From NCBI GenBank assembly GCA_963823665.1, contig CAWGMQ010000010.1:2048001-2112000 (forward strand): DNA of 64,000 nucleotides. Direction: 5' to 3'. The translations under genes and the position numbers were made by a program. Shown here piece after piece: positions 45,217 through 55,398 of this stretch. This stretch comes from an uncultured Planctomycetota bacterium. Its GTDB lineage: Bacteria > Planctomycetota > Planctomycetia > Isosphaerales > Isosphaeraceae. Numbering within the stretch: the first letter of the stretch is position 1; each line of letters opens with the position of its first letter. The notes beneath the pieces are model-generated. The model worked only from the letters and a program-made list of their open reading frames with translations. It had not been told where the DNA came from and did not search any database.

Positions 45217-45654
45217 CTACCGCCGACCTGCTTTGGGCTGCTGACCTACCTTGGGCTTGGGCTGCTGACCTACCTTGGGCGTGTAGGGAAATCGTTCCGG
45301 ATCGATGCGCGAGAGGGCGATGCCGGCCGCTTCGCGGACCCTGGCGTCACCGTCGTGCTCCTCCGCCTTCTGGAGCGCGGGGATGGCATCCTTGGCTAGT
45401 TCGTGAAATTCGCCAAGTTTGAGGGCGGAGCTGCGGCGGACATCGCTGGCCCTATGCGTGAGGGCCTCGATCAACGCCGGAACGACCTTTGCCGCGTCGC
45501 CCTTTGCCCGCGGCAAGGTGTGCGCCGCTTTAACCCCCTCTATTTCATTGCCCGACTTCAGATCCGCGATCAACTCGTCGGTCGATTTCCCATTGTTGCA
45601 GCCGGCGCACGCCACCAAGCAAAGCAAGAGAACCAAACCTGTCTGTACGCGCAT
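45217..45654 (-). CDS. HEAT-repeat lipoprotein
   Basis: Lipobox ACAG-C; VVPALIEAL..DVRRSSALKLG..AIPALQK..VREAAGIAL; duplicated PKVGQQPK tail; GGAGG SD. Confidence 0.85.
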   Translation of the reverse strand: MRVQTGLVLLLCLVACAGCNNGKSTDELIADLKSGNEIEGVKAAHTLPRAKGDAAKVVPALIEALTHRASDVRRSSALKLGEFHELAKDAIPALQKAEEHDGDARVREAAGIALSRIDPERFPYTPKVGQQPKPKVGQQPKAGRR

Positions 45655-45738
45655 CACTCTAGTCCTCCATCTGAATAGGGGCGAAGAACAAGGCGAGCGG
45701 CCAGCGTCCACCGGTTTCTGGTGCGCGGCCCGCGGCAA

Positions 45739-46848
45739 TCAATAGGAATCTGACGAGATGATCTCGCCGCCGGCTCTGGTCATCAGGTATTGATAACTGC
45801 CCGGGCTGATGCCGGTCTTGAGGAAACGCACCGAGCCGTCGCCGATGAGGAAATTGCATCCACCTGGGTGCATGCTCCAAAACACATCGGGGTCGAATAC
45901 CGGGTTGTCGCTGTTGGGCTTGTGCGTGGCGTTGCCGTGGCCGAGGCACAAGGCTTCGTCGAAGTCCGCCTGGTCGTAGGCGGTGCCGTTTCCGGTATTT
46001 GGGCACTGGGAGGGCGGAGTATTGGGGGTTGTCCAGGGCGTGGTACACATCCAGGCGGGGCACCTTGCTCCCGTCGGAGCGCCGACCCAGGTGGTTGGGG
46101 AATGCGCGGCGCAGCGCTCGCCGATGGCGAGTGTGTTGCTCATTCCGTCAGTGACGGCGGCGATGCGGGTGTTACTGTTGCGCCAAAACATGCCGATGCC
46201 GGCCGCGCCAAACCCGCACGTAATGCCGCTGCCGCTGCCATAGATGCCGTCTGTGGGGTCTCCGTCCAGGTCGTTGCCGTCGTAGGTGTTGGCGTAGAAG
46301 GGTTGGGGGTTCCCGGTGGCGTTCATAAAGCATTCCTCCCAACCGCAGACAGCGGCGTAGTTGGAGTGCGCCACCGTGATGATGGGGTTGGTGAACGTGC
46401 TGTCGTAGAGGATGCAGGGCTGCGGGTTGTAACCATCCGAAGGACACTGGAACACGTTCATGTTGGTTAGCACACTCGTCGAGTTGCTTGGGCTGGTTAT
46501 TCCCAGGCTGAAATTGGTCGCGTTATACAGGGGCGTCTGCTCCAGGTTGGGCAGCAACATGGCCGCCCAGCCCCAGCCGGTTCCCATGTCCAGGTCGGGA
46601 GTATTGTTGGGGTTGTTTTGGTAATCGATGTAGCCCGGAGGAAAGACGGACATTTGGTTCTCGTAGTTGAAGAGGGCAACGCCGATCTGCTTCAGGTTGT
46701 TGACGCACTGGGCCCGGCGAGCAGCTTCGCGAGCTGACTGAACTGCGGGCAGGAGCAGGGCAACCAGGACCCCGATAATCGAGATCACGACCAGCAGCTC
46801 GATGAGCGTGAATCCCTTGTGATCAGTTTGTCGTTGACTGCGCTTCAT
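45739..46848 (-). CDS. DUF1559 family prepilin-type N-terminal cleavage/methylation protein with H-X9-DG motif
   Basis: GFTLIELLVVISIIGVLVALLLPAVQSAREAARRAQCVNNLKQIG; TDGMSNT; SMHPGGCNFLIGDGSVRF. Confidence 0.95.
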   Translation of the reverse strand: MKRSQRQTDHKGFTLIELLVVISIIGVLVALLLPAVQSAREAARRAQCVNNLKQIGVALFNYENQMSVFPPGYIDYQNNPNNTPDLDMGTGWGWAAMLLPNLEQTPLYNATNFSLGITSPSNSTSVLTNMNVFQCPSDGYNPQPCILYDSTFTNPIITVAHSNYAAVCGWEECFMNATGNPQPFYANTYDGNDLDGDPTDGIYGSGSGITCGFGAAGIGMFWRNSNTRIAAVTDGMSNTLAIGERCAAHSPTTWVGAPTGARCPAWMCTTPWTTPNTPPSQCPNTGNGTAYDQADFDEALCLGHGNATHKPNSDNPVFDPDVFWSMHPGGCNFLIGDGSVRFLKTGISPGSYQYLMTRAGGEIISSDSY

Positions 46849-47216
46849 GAATCTCTCTCCGATAAAAACAGACACGATGAATGATCAGTGAAAACCGGGA
46901 GGTGGACCCGATCGAAAAGGTCGTTGAACGAATAACCGACGTGACGACGTAAACGCCGCCCGCCACAATCAAGCGGGGACCGGCCCGGACTGTGGGGCCC
47001 AAGCCGAGTGAGAGCTAACTAGCTAGCGCGCCGCGACGGATTCTGTCGGCCACGATCAAGATGATTGCTGCGCTCTGGTCCCAGCGGTGGCCCGGAGCGG
47101 GGCTATACCAGCGGAGATCGCGGGCCTGGTCGCGCGTGACGAGCAATGCTCAAACGGCGGAAATGGCCCGTGAACGCGTAGCGTAACACCGCGGAGGCGA
47201 CAGACCGCGCGTACGA

Positions 47217-47570
47217 TCACGACAACGTGAAATTGGCAAACGGCGGTGCACGTGGGAATGACGGAAGGGGAATTGAGACCGGGTGTGACAGGGCGGCAAC
47301 GGGCGACACGAACTCGTTCACTTGCTCGAACGAGGTCGCGGTGAAGACTTCAGCGAGTAGTTGCCCTTTCGCCACAAACTGGCAAATCAGGCAGTTATCC
47401 GCTCCATCACGCGGCGATTGAGCGGAGTCGTCGCTATGCTGCGAAGTCGAGTTCGCCCCAAGCTTGTGCGATGACCCCGGCAGCGCGTGCAGGCACGGGC
47501 CACACAGCGTAACCGCCACGTGACATGTGAAAACCAAAGCAAACAGGAAACGCCGGCCGATGGGCAGCAT
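47217..47570 (-). CDS. DUF2946-like small protein with CxxC and RAPP motifs
   Basis: Hydrophobic N-terminus, His-containing linker, DNCLICQF, C-terminal FPRAPPF. Confidence 0.75.
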   Translation of the reverse strand: MLPIGRRFLFALVFTCHVAVTLCGPCLHALPGSSHKLGANSTSQHSDDSAQSPRDGADNCLICQFVAKGQLLAEVFTATSFEQVNEFVSPVAALSHPVSIPLPSFPRAPPFANFTLS

Positions 47571-47637
47571 CACAGTCTCTTGGTGTGCCGCGAATAGAGT
47601 TACCGAAGAAGTAGTGTGAACAAGGCATCCAGGTTTG

Positions 47638-48366
47638 TCAATACCCTGGCTCCGAGCGGCGCGATTGCGCGAGGTACGGACGGACGCGGTCCGCGAGCAG
47701 CTTGTAGCCCTCGGCGGCGAAGTGGAGCCTGTCCTTCATGAACAGCTCGGGTCGGGCACTGCCGTCCGGCGTGAGGCTGATGTCGTATGCATCGACATAG
47801 CCGACTCGCGGCATATCGAGGGCAAGCTCACGAATAAGCCTGTTCAATTCGCGGTTCTTGTCGGCCTCGCCCCATCGCGCGGGTGCCGGGCTAACGGCAA
47901 TGTAGAGGATCTCTGTTCTGGGCAGTCGGGCGTGAACCACGCGGACAAATTGTGCGAAATCAGCCGCCACTTCTCTGGGAATCCGCCCGGCGTGGATGTC
48001 GTTGCCCCCGGCCCGGAGAAAGATCTGCTTGGGCTCATGCGGGAAGATCAGGCGGTCGGCGAAGTGGGTGGAATCCACGATTTCCGTGCCGCCAAAGCCG
48101 CGGTTCAAAACCTGGTGATCCGGGAAATCGGCGGCAAGTGTTTTCCAGAGCCTGATCGTCGAGGAGCCGATGAAGAGGATTCCACCCTTGGGAGGGGGCT
48201 TTTCGCGATCCGCCGCCTCGTACGCGGCGACTTCTTTTTCGAATTTCGCGTAGTCGCGCGCGGCCGCGTATCGGCTGCTGGGCGCGTCCTGGCCGGGTAA
48301 ACGCGCCGGCGAGATCGCCGACAGCAGGCTCAGGGCCATTGTCGCACTGGTTACCAGTTTGGTCAT
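47638..48366 (-). CDS. GDSL/SGNH hydrolase, secreted
   Basis: Signal peptide; LFIGSSTIRLW, NRGFGG, AGGND, DRLHF; GAGG SD. Confidence 0.92.
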   Translation of the reverse strand: MTKLVTSATMALSLLSAISPARLPGQDAPSSRYAAARDYAKFEKEVAAYEAADREKPPPKGGILFIGSSTIRLWKTLAADFPDHQVLNRGFGGTEIVDSTHFADRLIFPHEPKQIFLRAGGNDIHAGRIPREVAADFAQFVRVVHARLPRTEILYIAVSPAPARWGEADKNRELNRLIRELALDMPRVGYVDAYDISLTPDGSARPELFMKDRLHFAAEGYKLLADRVRPYLAQSRRSEPGY

Positions 48367-48674
48367 GATTGCGCACCTCGGGCCAATACCGCCGTGTCAA
48401 CCGCTCAACGCGCTGGTACGTTTGCAACTGGAGAAGAGCGTTGTGACTCCATCGTACAGAGCCGTTAAAGGCTCGCAAGGGGTGGTGCGTTTCCAGGTCG
48501 CCGTTGGCGAATCATCTCACCGTGAGCTGGGGCCAGCATCAAGCTCCCGGCCGACGCCGGTGAATTGGCGGTGTGCGAGCACGGGTGTCATCACAAAAAT
48601 GCTCTTGTAACCGCTCTCAAGATTCATTGTTGCTCAACGATTACCCTTGGCCACCATTCAGGTCGCTGTGAAAC

Positions 48675-48695
48675 GGTTCCTGGCACCTTTTTTCC
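48675..48695 (+). repeat. REP-like motif, copy 3
   Basis: ggttcctggcaccttttttcc. Confidence 0.8.
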
Positions 48696-48718
48696 AATCC
48701 TGTCGACGGAGCAAGGGG

Positions 48719-49774
48719 TCAACGCCGGGCAGGCGGAAGGATGTGATGGCCGAGCCAAAGGAATGTGGGGGGCTCGGCGCGCTCGATGTAGAGAAGGTTA
48801 TGGCGGCCCGTGGGGTCCTCGACAAGATCGACGGCGACGCCGCGCAGGGCGGCGAGCCACGCGAAGGACTTGACCTGGGCGTCGAAGTTGTAGTTGTCGC
48901 GGCCGGGATAGTTGATGTACATGGCCAGATCGCCGGACTGGAGGCCGGTCGACGAGAGGAGGTCAGCCGGATTGTCGCGGGCAACCTTGGCGATCATATC
49001 CGGCCCGGGACCGTAAACTGGTTCAAGGAACGTCTTCACGCGCCGGCGGCGCAACCCGCCGTAGTAGTGGGCGATGATCATATCGCGGTCGTACTCCGTC
49101 CGCTCGCGGTAAGTGGCGGGGTCGAAGTCGTCGCCGTAGCGGCCTTCGCGATTGTCGTAGCGCATGTTGAGCGGCCCGCCGATGGCGGCGACGACGCCGA
49201 AGAGATCGCGATGCCTGAGCGCGATCGCCATCGCGCCGAAGCCGCCGGCCGAGACGGCGAGCAGCGCGTGCGCGTTGCGCTCGGGTCGGATCGAATAGTT
49301 CCGCATCAGGAACGGTACGATCTCGGCGACGACATGATCTTCAAATCGCCCTCCTAGACCGTTAACCCAGAGGGAATGAGGGGAGTTGATCCGATTTTTC
49401 CCATCGTACGTTCCGTCCGGAGCCGCGATGATGGCCGGCGGGATCTCGCCGGCGCTCATCATCCGGTCGAGTGCTTTCAGGTCGAAGGGGCGCAGAAGGT
49501 AGTGCTCGTCGATGACGGCGCCGTGGAGGAACAGGATGAGGGGGTAGGCGACGGAGGGGTCGTAGCCCGGCGGTAGGTAAACGTATAGGTCGCGCGTCCT
49601 CCCCAGGATGGGCGACCAGATCCGCCGGTCGGCGCCATGGTTCCCGGTAAAGTCGATAACCCGACCGTGCAGCTTGCTGTTGAGGCGATCGAGGTTAACC
49701 CAATTGAAAATTTGTGCCTTTGCCGGGGCGGTGGCCGAGGCGACCAGCAAAAGAGCCGCAACGACGCGTCTCAT
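48719..49774 (-). CDS. alpha/beta-hydrolase putative esterase, secreted
   Basis: Signal peptide; LYVYLPPGYD..YPLILFLHG, nucleophile elbow AVSAGG, C-terminal GRHN. Confidence 0.88.
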   Translation of the reverse strand: MRRVVAALLLVASATAPAKAQIFNWVNLDRLNSKLHGRVIDFTGNHGADRRIWSPILGRTRDLYVYLPPGYDPSVAYPLILFLHGAVIDEHYLLRPFDLKALDRMMSAGEIPPAIIAAPDGTYDGKNRINSPHSLWVNGLGGRFEDHVVAEIVPFLMRNYSIRPERNAHALLAVSAGGFGAMAIALRHRDLFGVVAAIGGPLNMRYDNREGRYGDDFDPATYRERTEYDRDMIIAHYYGGLRRRRVKTFLEPVYGPGPDMIAKVARDNPADLLSSTGLQSGDLAMYINYPGRDNYNFDAQVKSFAWLAALRGVAVDLVEDPTGRHNLLYIERAEPPTFLWLGHHILPPARR

Positions 49775-50099
49775 GAACCATCCTTTGAAAATGTTGCGCG
49801 GTCCGTTTTTCGCGCTTTTTACCGAGTTATCGGGCGAAGGAGCGGGGACTCGATAGGCAACAATCCGGTAGACCCCCAATTCTTGCGGGGTCCTGCCAGA
49901 TGTATTACCTGAATCGAAATGACCTCGATCGTATTGTGCCAGGTCGACGAGAAACGAAGCGATCGATGACGTGCGGAGTGAAGTTTTAGCGGTTAGACTG
50001 TTTGCCCTCGATTCTTCCCATTCGATCAATTGGCGCATTGCTGGAAAAGTAGGGACGGCGGCGTTCCGGGGACAGGTTCCGTGAACACCGGGGTGCGTG

Positions 50100-51533
50100 C
50101 TATTCACGCACGGGGTATTCCCGTCGGGATCGGGGATATCGGACGCGTCGTATCATCGAGCCCTTCCCATCGGCAGGCCATTGTCTGAGCCCCGCGACGA
50201 GCTGCTCCGACTTCGGGCTGAGCCTGCGGAGGGCACGGGCGATCCCGGGCTTCTGCTCCTGGGGTGACGTCTTCCAAGCGGTCGCCAGGCAGGCGAGGAC
50301 GCGGTCCTCATCCGGCGTCCCTCGACTGATCTCGGCGAGGGACTCGGCGGTCAGGCCGCGGAGGTTGGAGACTTTCCGGGCCGACTCGAAAGTCGAGAGG
50401 AGGAGGGGCACGGCGGGCGCGGCGGATCGGCCGAGGATTCCCAGGGACCAGACGGCCTCGGCCAGTACTTCCTCCTCAGGCTCCAAGGCCGGGACGGACC
50501 GAGCCGGCGAATCAGGGCGAGCGGGGGCCGATTCGCGGCTCGCTCCGCCCCGACGCTTCAGGAGCTCGCACAGGAGCTCGACGGATCCGGGTGGGCATTC
50601 CCCATCCGACGTCACCTCACCGATCGCCCCCGCCGCCATGCCGATGATCCTGTCGCGATCTACGAGCGAATCGGGGGGATGGGGCGTCTCAAGCTCCTTT
50701 CGAAGCAAGGTCAAGATAGCGGGCAGCGCCGGCCTGGCCTCTCGGCCCATGTGGTTGATCGCCGCCGTGCAAACGAGGCACACCTGGGTGTTCTCGCTCG
50801 ACAATCCTCCGATCAAGAGCGGGAGCACCGAGGGCTCGAGGCGGACGTGCCAGAAGAGGTCCGTGAATGCGTTGCGAGCGACCGGACGTTCGGTCGGAAG
50901 GCGTCGCAGCGCCACGGGGACGATCAGTTCGGGCCCCTTGCGATAATCGAAAAGGGCTTCGACCGCGCTGGCGCGGACCTGTTCGTGCGCGTCGTCCAGG
51001 CAGGCGACCAGTCGAGGTGGCGGGGCGTCGAGCCGGCCGCTCGCGGCGATGGGTCCCAGGGATCTGGCCGCCCTGGCGCGTAGTGCGGGCGAACGATCGT
51101 CGAGCAGGGCCGTGAGGGCCTCCTCGGCGACGGGTACTTCCCCGGATAAACGCGGACTCACGTCGCCGATGACGGTAGCCGCCGCAGTTCGGACCACCTC
51201 CGATTCGTCCTTCATCGCCCGAATGAGATGGGGAAACACCTGCGCGAGCTCGGCACCCGTCAACTCATGGCAGAGGACGATTCTTTGCGCCCTCCCTGCT
51301 TCGTCGCCCTGTTCGATCTCCCGGATGATGACCGCGATCGGTTTCCTGGCTCGATTTTCCAGGCCAACTCGCCTTCCCACGTCCCGTGCCATTCGGACGA
51401 TGCGCGACCTGGTTCCATCCTGCTGCGGTGATAGGGAGATATAGATGCCGATAGCCGCCGCGATGATCGCCAAGGCGGTCAGCGCAAGCCGGACTCTGCC
51501 GATTCTTTTGCCGCCATCGGGAGCGTCCGGCAT
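50100..51533 (-). CDS. HEAT-repeat protein with N-terminal membrane anchor
   Basis: TM LALTALAIIAAAIGIYI; repeats DESEVVRTAAA, DRSPALRARAARSLG, AAPAVPLLL. Confidence 0.85.
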   Translation of the reverse strand: MPDAPDGGKRIGRVRLALTALAIIAAAIGIYISLSPQQDGTRSRIVRMARDVGRRVGLENRARKPIAVIIREIEQGDEAGRAQRIVLCHELTGAELAQVFPHLIRAMKDESEVVRTAAATVIGDVSPRLSGEVPVAEEALTALLDDRSPALRARAARSLGPIAASGRLDAPPPRLVACLDDAHEQVRASAVEALFDYRKGPELIVPVALRRLPTERPVARNAFTDLFWHVRLEPSVLPLLIGGLSSENTQVCLVCTAAINHMGREARPALPAILTLLRKELETPHPPDSLVDRDRIIGMAAGAIGEVTSDGECPPGSVELLCELLKRRGGASRESAPARPDSPARSVPALEPEEEVLAEAVWSLGILGRSAAPAVPLLLSTFESARKVSNLRGLTAESLAEISRGTPDEDRVLACLATAWKTSPQEQKPGIARALRRLSPKSEQLVAGLRQWPADGKGSMIRRVRYPRSRREYPVRE

Positions 51534-51629
51534 TCTTCGGTCTCCAAGACTGCGGGTACACCCAAGTAGAATCTCGCGTCCAACACGCAGTTTACATGGG
51601 CGTTGTGGCGCAAGCTATGCCTCTGGCTG

Positions 51630-51985
51630 CCTCGAAGCGCGTGAGCGATCCGATGAATCCAGTCGTTCACCGTTGCTGCATCCAAAATCCGCTCGACCGT
51701 TAATTCCCCGGGCATTCCCTGAAACTGTCGCCCCGCGCGCCAGAGGCGTTTGTACGGGGGCGGCCCCAAGAGCGCGATGCGGCGCCCCTCAAACTGCGCT
51801 ATGTCGGCGGGGCACGCTTCGTTCCAGATCCAGTGCGATGCGAGGTCCATGGTCTTGTGCTTCGAGCAGGGTGCCATCGGGCTGCAGCGCAGTCCAGTTG
51901 CAGAGGTTGAATGCATCGGTGACGTTTTCGCCGCCGCTCTCGCCGATGCGGGCATCCTGGTACTCGGCGACGGTGCGCGGGCTCG
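51630..51985 (-). pseudogene. C-terminal fragment of an unknown protein, frameshift near 51845
   Basis: VEGEAPSP..AFNLCNWTALQPDGTL | SHWIWNEACPADIAQFEGRRIALLGPPPYKRLWRAGRQF; no convincing start or stop. Confidence 0.5.
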
Positions 51986-52549
51986 GCGCCTCGCCCTCAA
52001 CTGATGTCGTCGATGAAGGCCTGGACTGAATTCATGAACGCCGACATGATTCGATTCCTTATTCACGGTCTTACCCGGCCTCGACGAGATCGACGGCCAT
52101 CGCATGCCTCGGCCGTATAGCGCCCAGGATCAGCGACGCGCGGGAGGGAACCGGGCCGCTTCGTGCTCGCGCCATAGCTGCTCGATCAAAGCTCGGCCCT
52201 CCGCGGGTTAAAGACGAAGCCCAGCGGACCACCCAGCTCGAGCGGCCTCCGAGCGTAACACAAAAGCTCGCGGAGGGGTGGGGCGGCTGTAGCGCGAGGC
52301 CAGGCGGTCAGTCGTAGTCGAAGACTTCGCCGTATGCCTCGCCGTTCAACTCTTCGGCACGATGCACCGACAACCATATAGGTTCGTCGCACAGCCCCTC
52401 TCGCGCCAAGGCACGCACGAGCGCACGACTGGTACGGATACTCTAGGCGGCGCGACCCAGTGGGGCGAATCGCGGAGCGGACGGACTGCACCTTGGTCGG
52501 GCATTTACTCGAGTCTCTGTGCACGGTGGCGTGTAGAAGGCAGCTATTT

Positions 52550-52569
52550 GGTTCCTGACACCTTTTCCC
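52550..52569 (+). repeat. REP-like motif, copy 4
   Basis: ggttcctgacaccttttccc. Confidence 0.85.
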
Positions 52570-52689
52570 TGGCCGACTTGAAACGGATCGTATCAATTCG
52601 ACGTTCTCTTGACCATAAACGAAAGACTAGCATAGCGTGGTCTAGCGATGACGGGCATTGATACGTTCGCTCGCGCCGAGGGGATTTTG

Positions 52690-53196
52690 ATGGAGAAGTG
52701 GCCAGGTTGGTCTGCACCACTTCTGGGCGTGATCGGCGGCGGCCTGGGTGGCCTTGCGCTTGCGGGCGATTCGAAGAACCGGTTTCCTGCATGGCAAACT
52801 TCTCTTGCTGGGGCCGTGGCCGGTCTGGCGGCCGGGCTCATTGTCTGGGGTTTCGACAGACGACATTCGAGTTCCAAGCGGCTGCGCGACGCGGCGAGTG
52901 CACGAATCGCTGTCGGAAAGGCTTCGCGCTGGACCGGGTTTTGCCTGCTGGCGACGGGCCTGGCCTGTATGGGAGTTAACCACGCCTTGGCTCTGTTCGC
53001 CCAGAAGAAGTTCTTGCCGCTGGCGGTCGGTGGCTCATTTCTCGCCGGTGTCGGTGTCGGAGGGATCGTATTGCCGCAACTGTTCACTCCAGCGACGGCG
53101 GGCGAGAAGATGCCGTGGTGGGTGCATGTCGTTGGCGGAGCGTTGGCCGTAGGTGGCCTGGCGGTCGGGTTCTATCTTTGGCTCATGGTTTATTGA
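52690..53196 (+). CDS. hypothetical integral membrane protein (about 5 Gly-rich TM segments)
   Basis: GAGGGA SD before ATG 52690 (alternative start 52648); multiple hydrophobic helices. Confidence 0.7.
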   Translation: MEKWPGWSAPLLGVIGGGLGGLALAGDSKNRFPAWQTSLAGAVAGLAAGLIVWGFDRRHSSSKRLRDAASARIAVGKASRWTGFCLLATGLACMGVNHALALFAQKKFLPLAVGGSFLAGVGVGGIVLPQLFTPATAGEKMPWWVHVVGGALAVGGLAVGFYLWLMVY

Positions 53197-53391
53197 CATG
53201 AAAAACGAACGTTCTTCTTGTCGCTCCGGTGGCCTGGTGGCTTGGTGCCAGCATGGAATCCACCGCGATATGCTGCGATGGTACCCATCTCGGGCCAAAA
53301 ATCGAACGGACGGGGTTCTCACTCTTGCGACCGCTTTTGACCGGTTCTTGCTGACAATTCTCCCGGCCCAGCATTGATATCACCGGGAATC

Positions 53392-53421
53392 GGTTCCTGA
53401 CACCTTTTCCGAGCCTTTTCC
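53392..53421 (+). repeat. REP-like motif, copy 5, with 11-nt tandem duplication of its tail
   Basis: ggttcctgaca-ccttttccgag-ccttttccgag. Confidence 0.85.
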
Positions 53422-53473
53422 GAGCTCGCGGTGCGAGTGATCATAAATTCCAGGCCATAGTTGGAGGCAAATC

Positions 53474-53857
53474 GTGCAAGAGGACCAAATTCGTGATGTT
53501 CTCAATGCGCACTGGCACGCTTCGGCGATCGGAGATGAGATCGCCGAACACGATATCTACGCAGACGATGCCGTCTGTGAATACCCTCAGTCGGGTGAAC
53601 GAATCGTCGGGCGAGTTAATTTACAGGCGCGACGGAGCCATCATCCAGGCAAGCCTTCAGGTTTTAACGTCAGGAGAATCCTCGGAAAAGGTAATCTCTG
53701 GATTACCGAATATATCATCACCTACCAAGGACGACCGACATACACGGTGAGCATCATGGAGTTTCGCGACGGCAAGGTCATGCACGAGACCCAGTATTTC
53801 GCGGACCCTTTCGAGGCTCCGGACTGGCGGAGCCAATGGGTCCAGCGGATCTCCTGA
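53474..53857 (+). CDS. SnoaL-like / NTF2 family protein
   Basis: GGAGG SD; HDIYADDAVCEYPQSGERIVGR..TVSIMEFRDGKVMHETQYFADPFEAPDWRSQWV. Confidence 0.92.
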   Translation: MQEDQIRDVLNAHWHASAIGDEIAEHDIYADDAVCEYPQSGERIVGRVNLQARRSHHPGKPSGFNVRRILGKGNLWITEYIITYQGRPTYTVSIMEFRDGKVMHETQYFADPFEAPDWRSQWVQRIS

Positions 53858-54025
53858 CACCTCACCGCCCGCGCTCATGCTGGGTCATCAGTTCGTCCAG
53901 CCAGCGAAACACGTCGTAGTTCTCGATCTCGGCGAAGCTCTGGACGTGGACCCCGGGTGCACCGCCGTTGTCACGGCAGCGTCTCGAAGGCTCCGACGGT
54001 ATCGTCACCTCCACCGCCGAGGGAA

Positions 54026-55355
54026 GGGATGGCAGACACCCACCGATCTCATGTGAAGCTGGCATCCCGGTGCAAATGCTGCCACTGGGCTCGTCCCGAA
54101 GCAGCCGCGGCGTCGGCTGTCGGAACTGCTGGTTCGCTCCGAGTAAACCGTCCTTGCTTTCGAGTTTTTTCTCAACGCTCTTGACACCCGGGCACGATTG
54201 GTATTTTTGTCCATTACTGTTCTTGTGAATACTCTCACTAGTGTGCTGCACCTGCCCGGTGGAGGACAAGTCTGCCGGCAGATTTTGGGCCGGTCGCTTC
54301 AAGTCGCAGCCGCTTCTCGATGAGGCTGCGCTCCTGGCGTGCAGCGTCTATGTCGATCTCAACCCGATTCGGGCGGGAATCGCCCGTACGCCGGAGGAAT
54401 CGCAATTCACGTCGGGGTCTGACCGCATTCTGAGCCTCGCTGAAACTCCGAGTAAATTGCATTCATCGTGCGAGGAAAGCTGCGCCGAAACTCTTGATCG
54501 CCCGGATGCGTGGCTGTGCGAACTGACGTTGCGGGAGACCGACGTCGATCCCCGAACCGGGCAGACCGAAGGCTCACGCGCTGCGCCGTCGGAAACGGTT
54601 CCGCCGCGCGAACCGATCGCGAGCGACCTTGTCGATGCCGCGGAGCGTCGGGCACCTGCTGGCTCTTCTGCCGCGGTCTCGACCGTGCCGCGCCAGGCGG
54701 CGTCGAAACGGCCGCTCCCTGTGCGGGCGTCGGATCAAGGGTTTCTGCCGATCGAGACAAGAAAGTACGTCATGCTGCTCGATTGGACGGGGCGGGAACT
54801 ACGGCGCGACAAGCGTGGGGCGATCCCTGAAGACCTGGCTCCGATCCTGGACCGGCTGGGTGTGGATCGGGCGAATTGGGTGGACACCGTGCGTGACTTC
54901 GGTCGCATGTTCAAGCAAGCGGCGGGTCGAGCGAGTTCGCTTGTGCGCGCTGCGCCGGGTTGCTCACGGCGCTGGTTTCAGGGCAAGGCGGCCGCGCGAG
55001 TTGCATTTCTGTAAGTAACCGGCTCGCTCGCTCGCTTGCTCGCCAGCGCTGGTCGAAGCTGCGGACGCGGAATCTGATCGGATTTGAGGTCGCACAGCGT
55101 CGTTTTCTTCGCCGGCGCGGCAAGGGACGTAGCAGGGCCGTCGGTGTCGGACTGGTCACAGCAACGGACGGGTGCAAAACGCCGGCGACGTAGCCGAGCG
55201 CACCCAATTGCTGACCGTGTGTGGCAAAACGCGTGCTTTGACGTAGTCGGCCGCGAGGCACCCTGCGATCGCGGGACGTGAACCGGTGGGAACCACGCGG
55301 ATCTGGCTTTCCCGAGGCCCGACTGTCGACTGCAGAGGGTGGGTGTCTGGGTTCC
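54026..55355 (+). mobile_element. degenerate Y1/HUH (IS200/RAYT-like) transposase element bounded by 12-bp inverted repeats
   Basis: CAGACACCCACC at 54033-54044 and its reverse complement at 55338-55349 enclose the transposase remnant. Confidence 0.65.
54241..55014 (+). pseudogene. N-terminally deleted Y1 transposase
   Basis: EDKSAGRFWAGRFKSQPLLDEAALLACSVYVDLNPIRAGIARTPEESQFTS..YVMLLDWTGR..KRGAIP..LAPILDRLG; the HUH motif region is absent. Confidence 0.85.
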
Positions 55356-55398
55356 CGTTAGAGATTGGTACACCGAGCAGGAGAGGCTTCTAACGGAC

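Noticed and set aside
44029..53421. Repeats as a CRISPR array or integron attC sites
   Set aside because: Spacing is 0.8-3.9 kb, there are no cas or integrase genes, and no attC-like R-box palindromes were seen.
53862..53960. Minus-strand coding-like tail (..SFAEIENYDVFRWLDELMTQHERGR*)
   Set aside because: Looks like a gene end cut by the adjacent element, but no family is recognisable.
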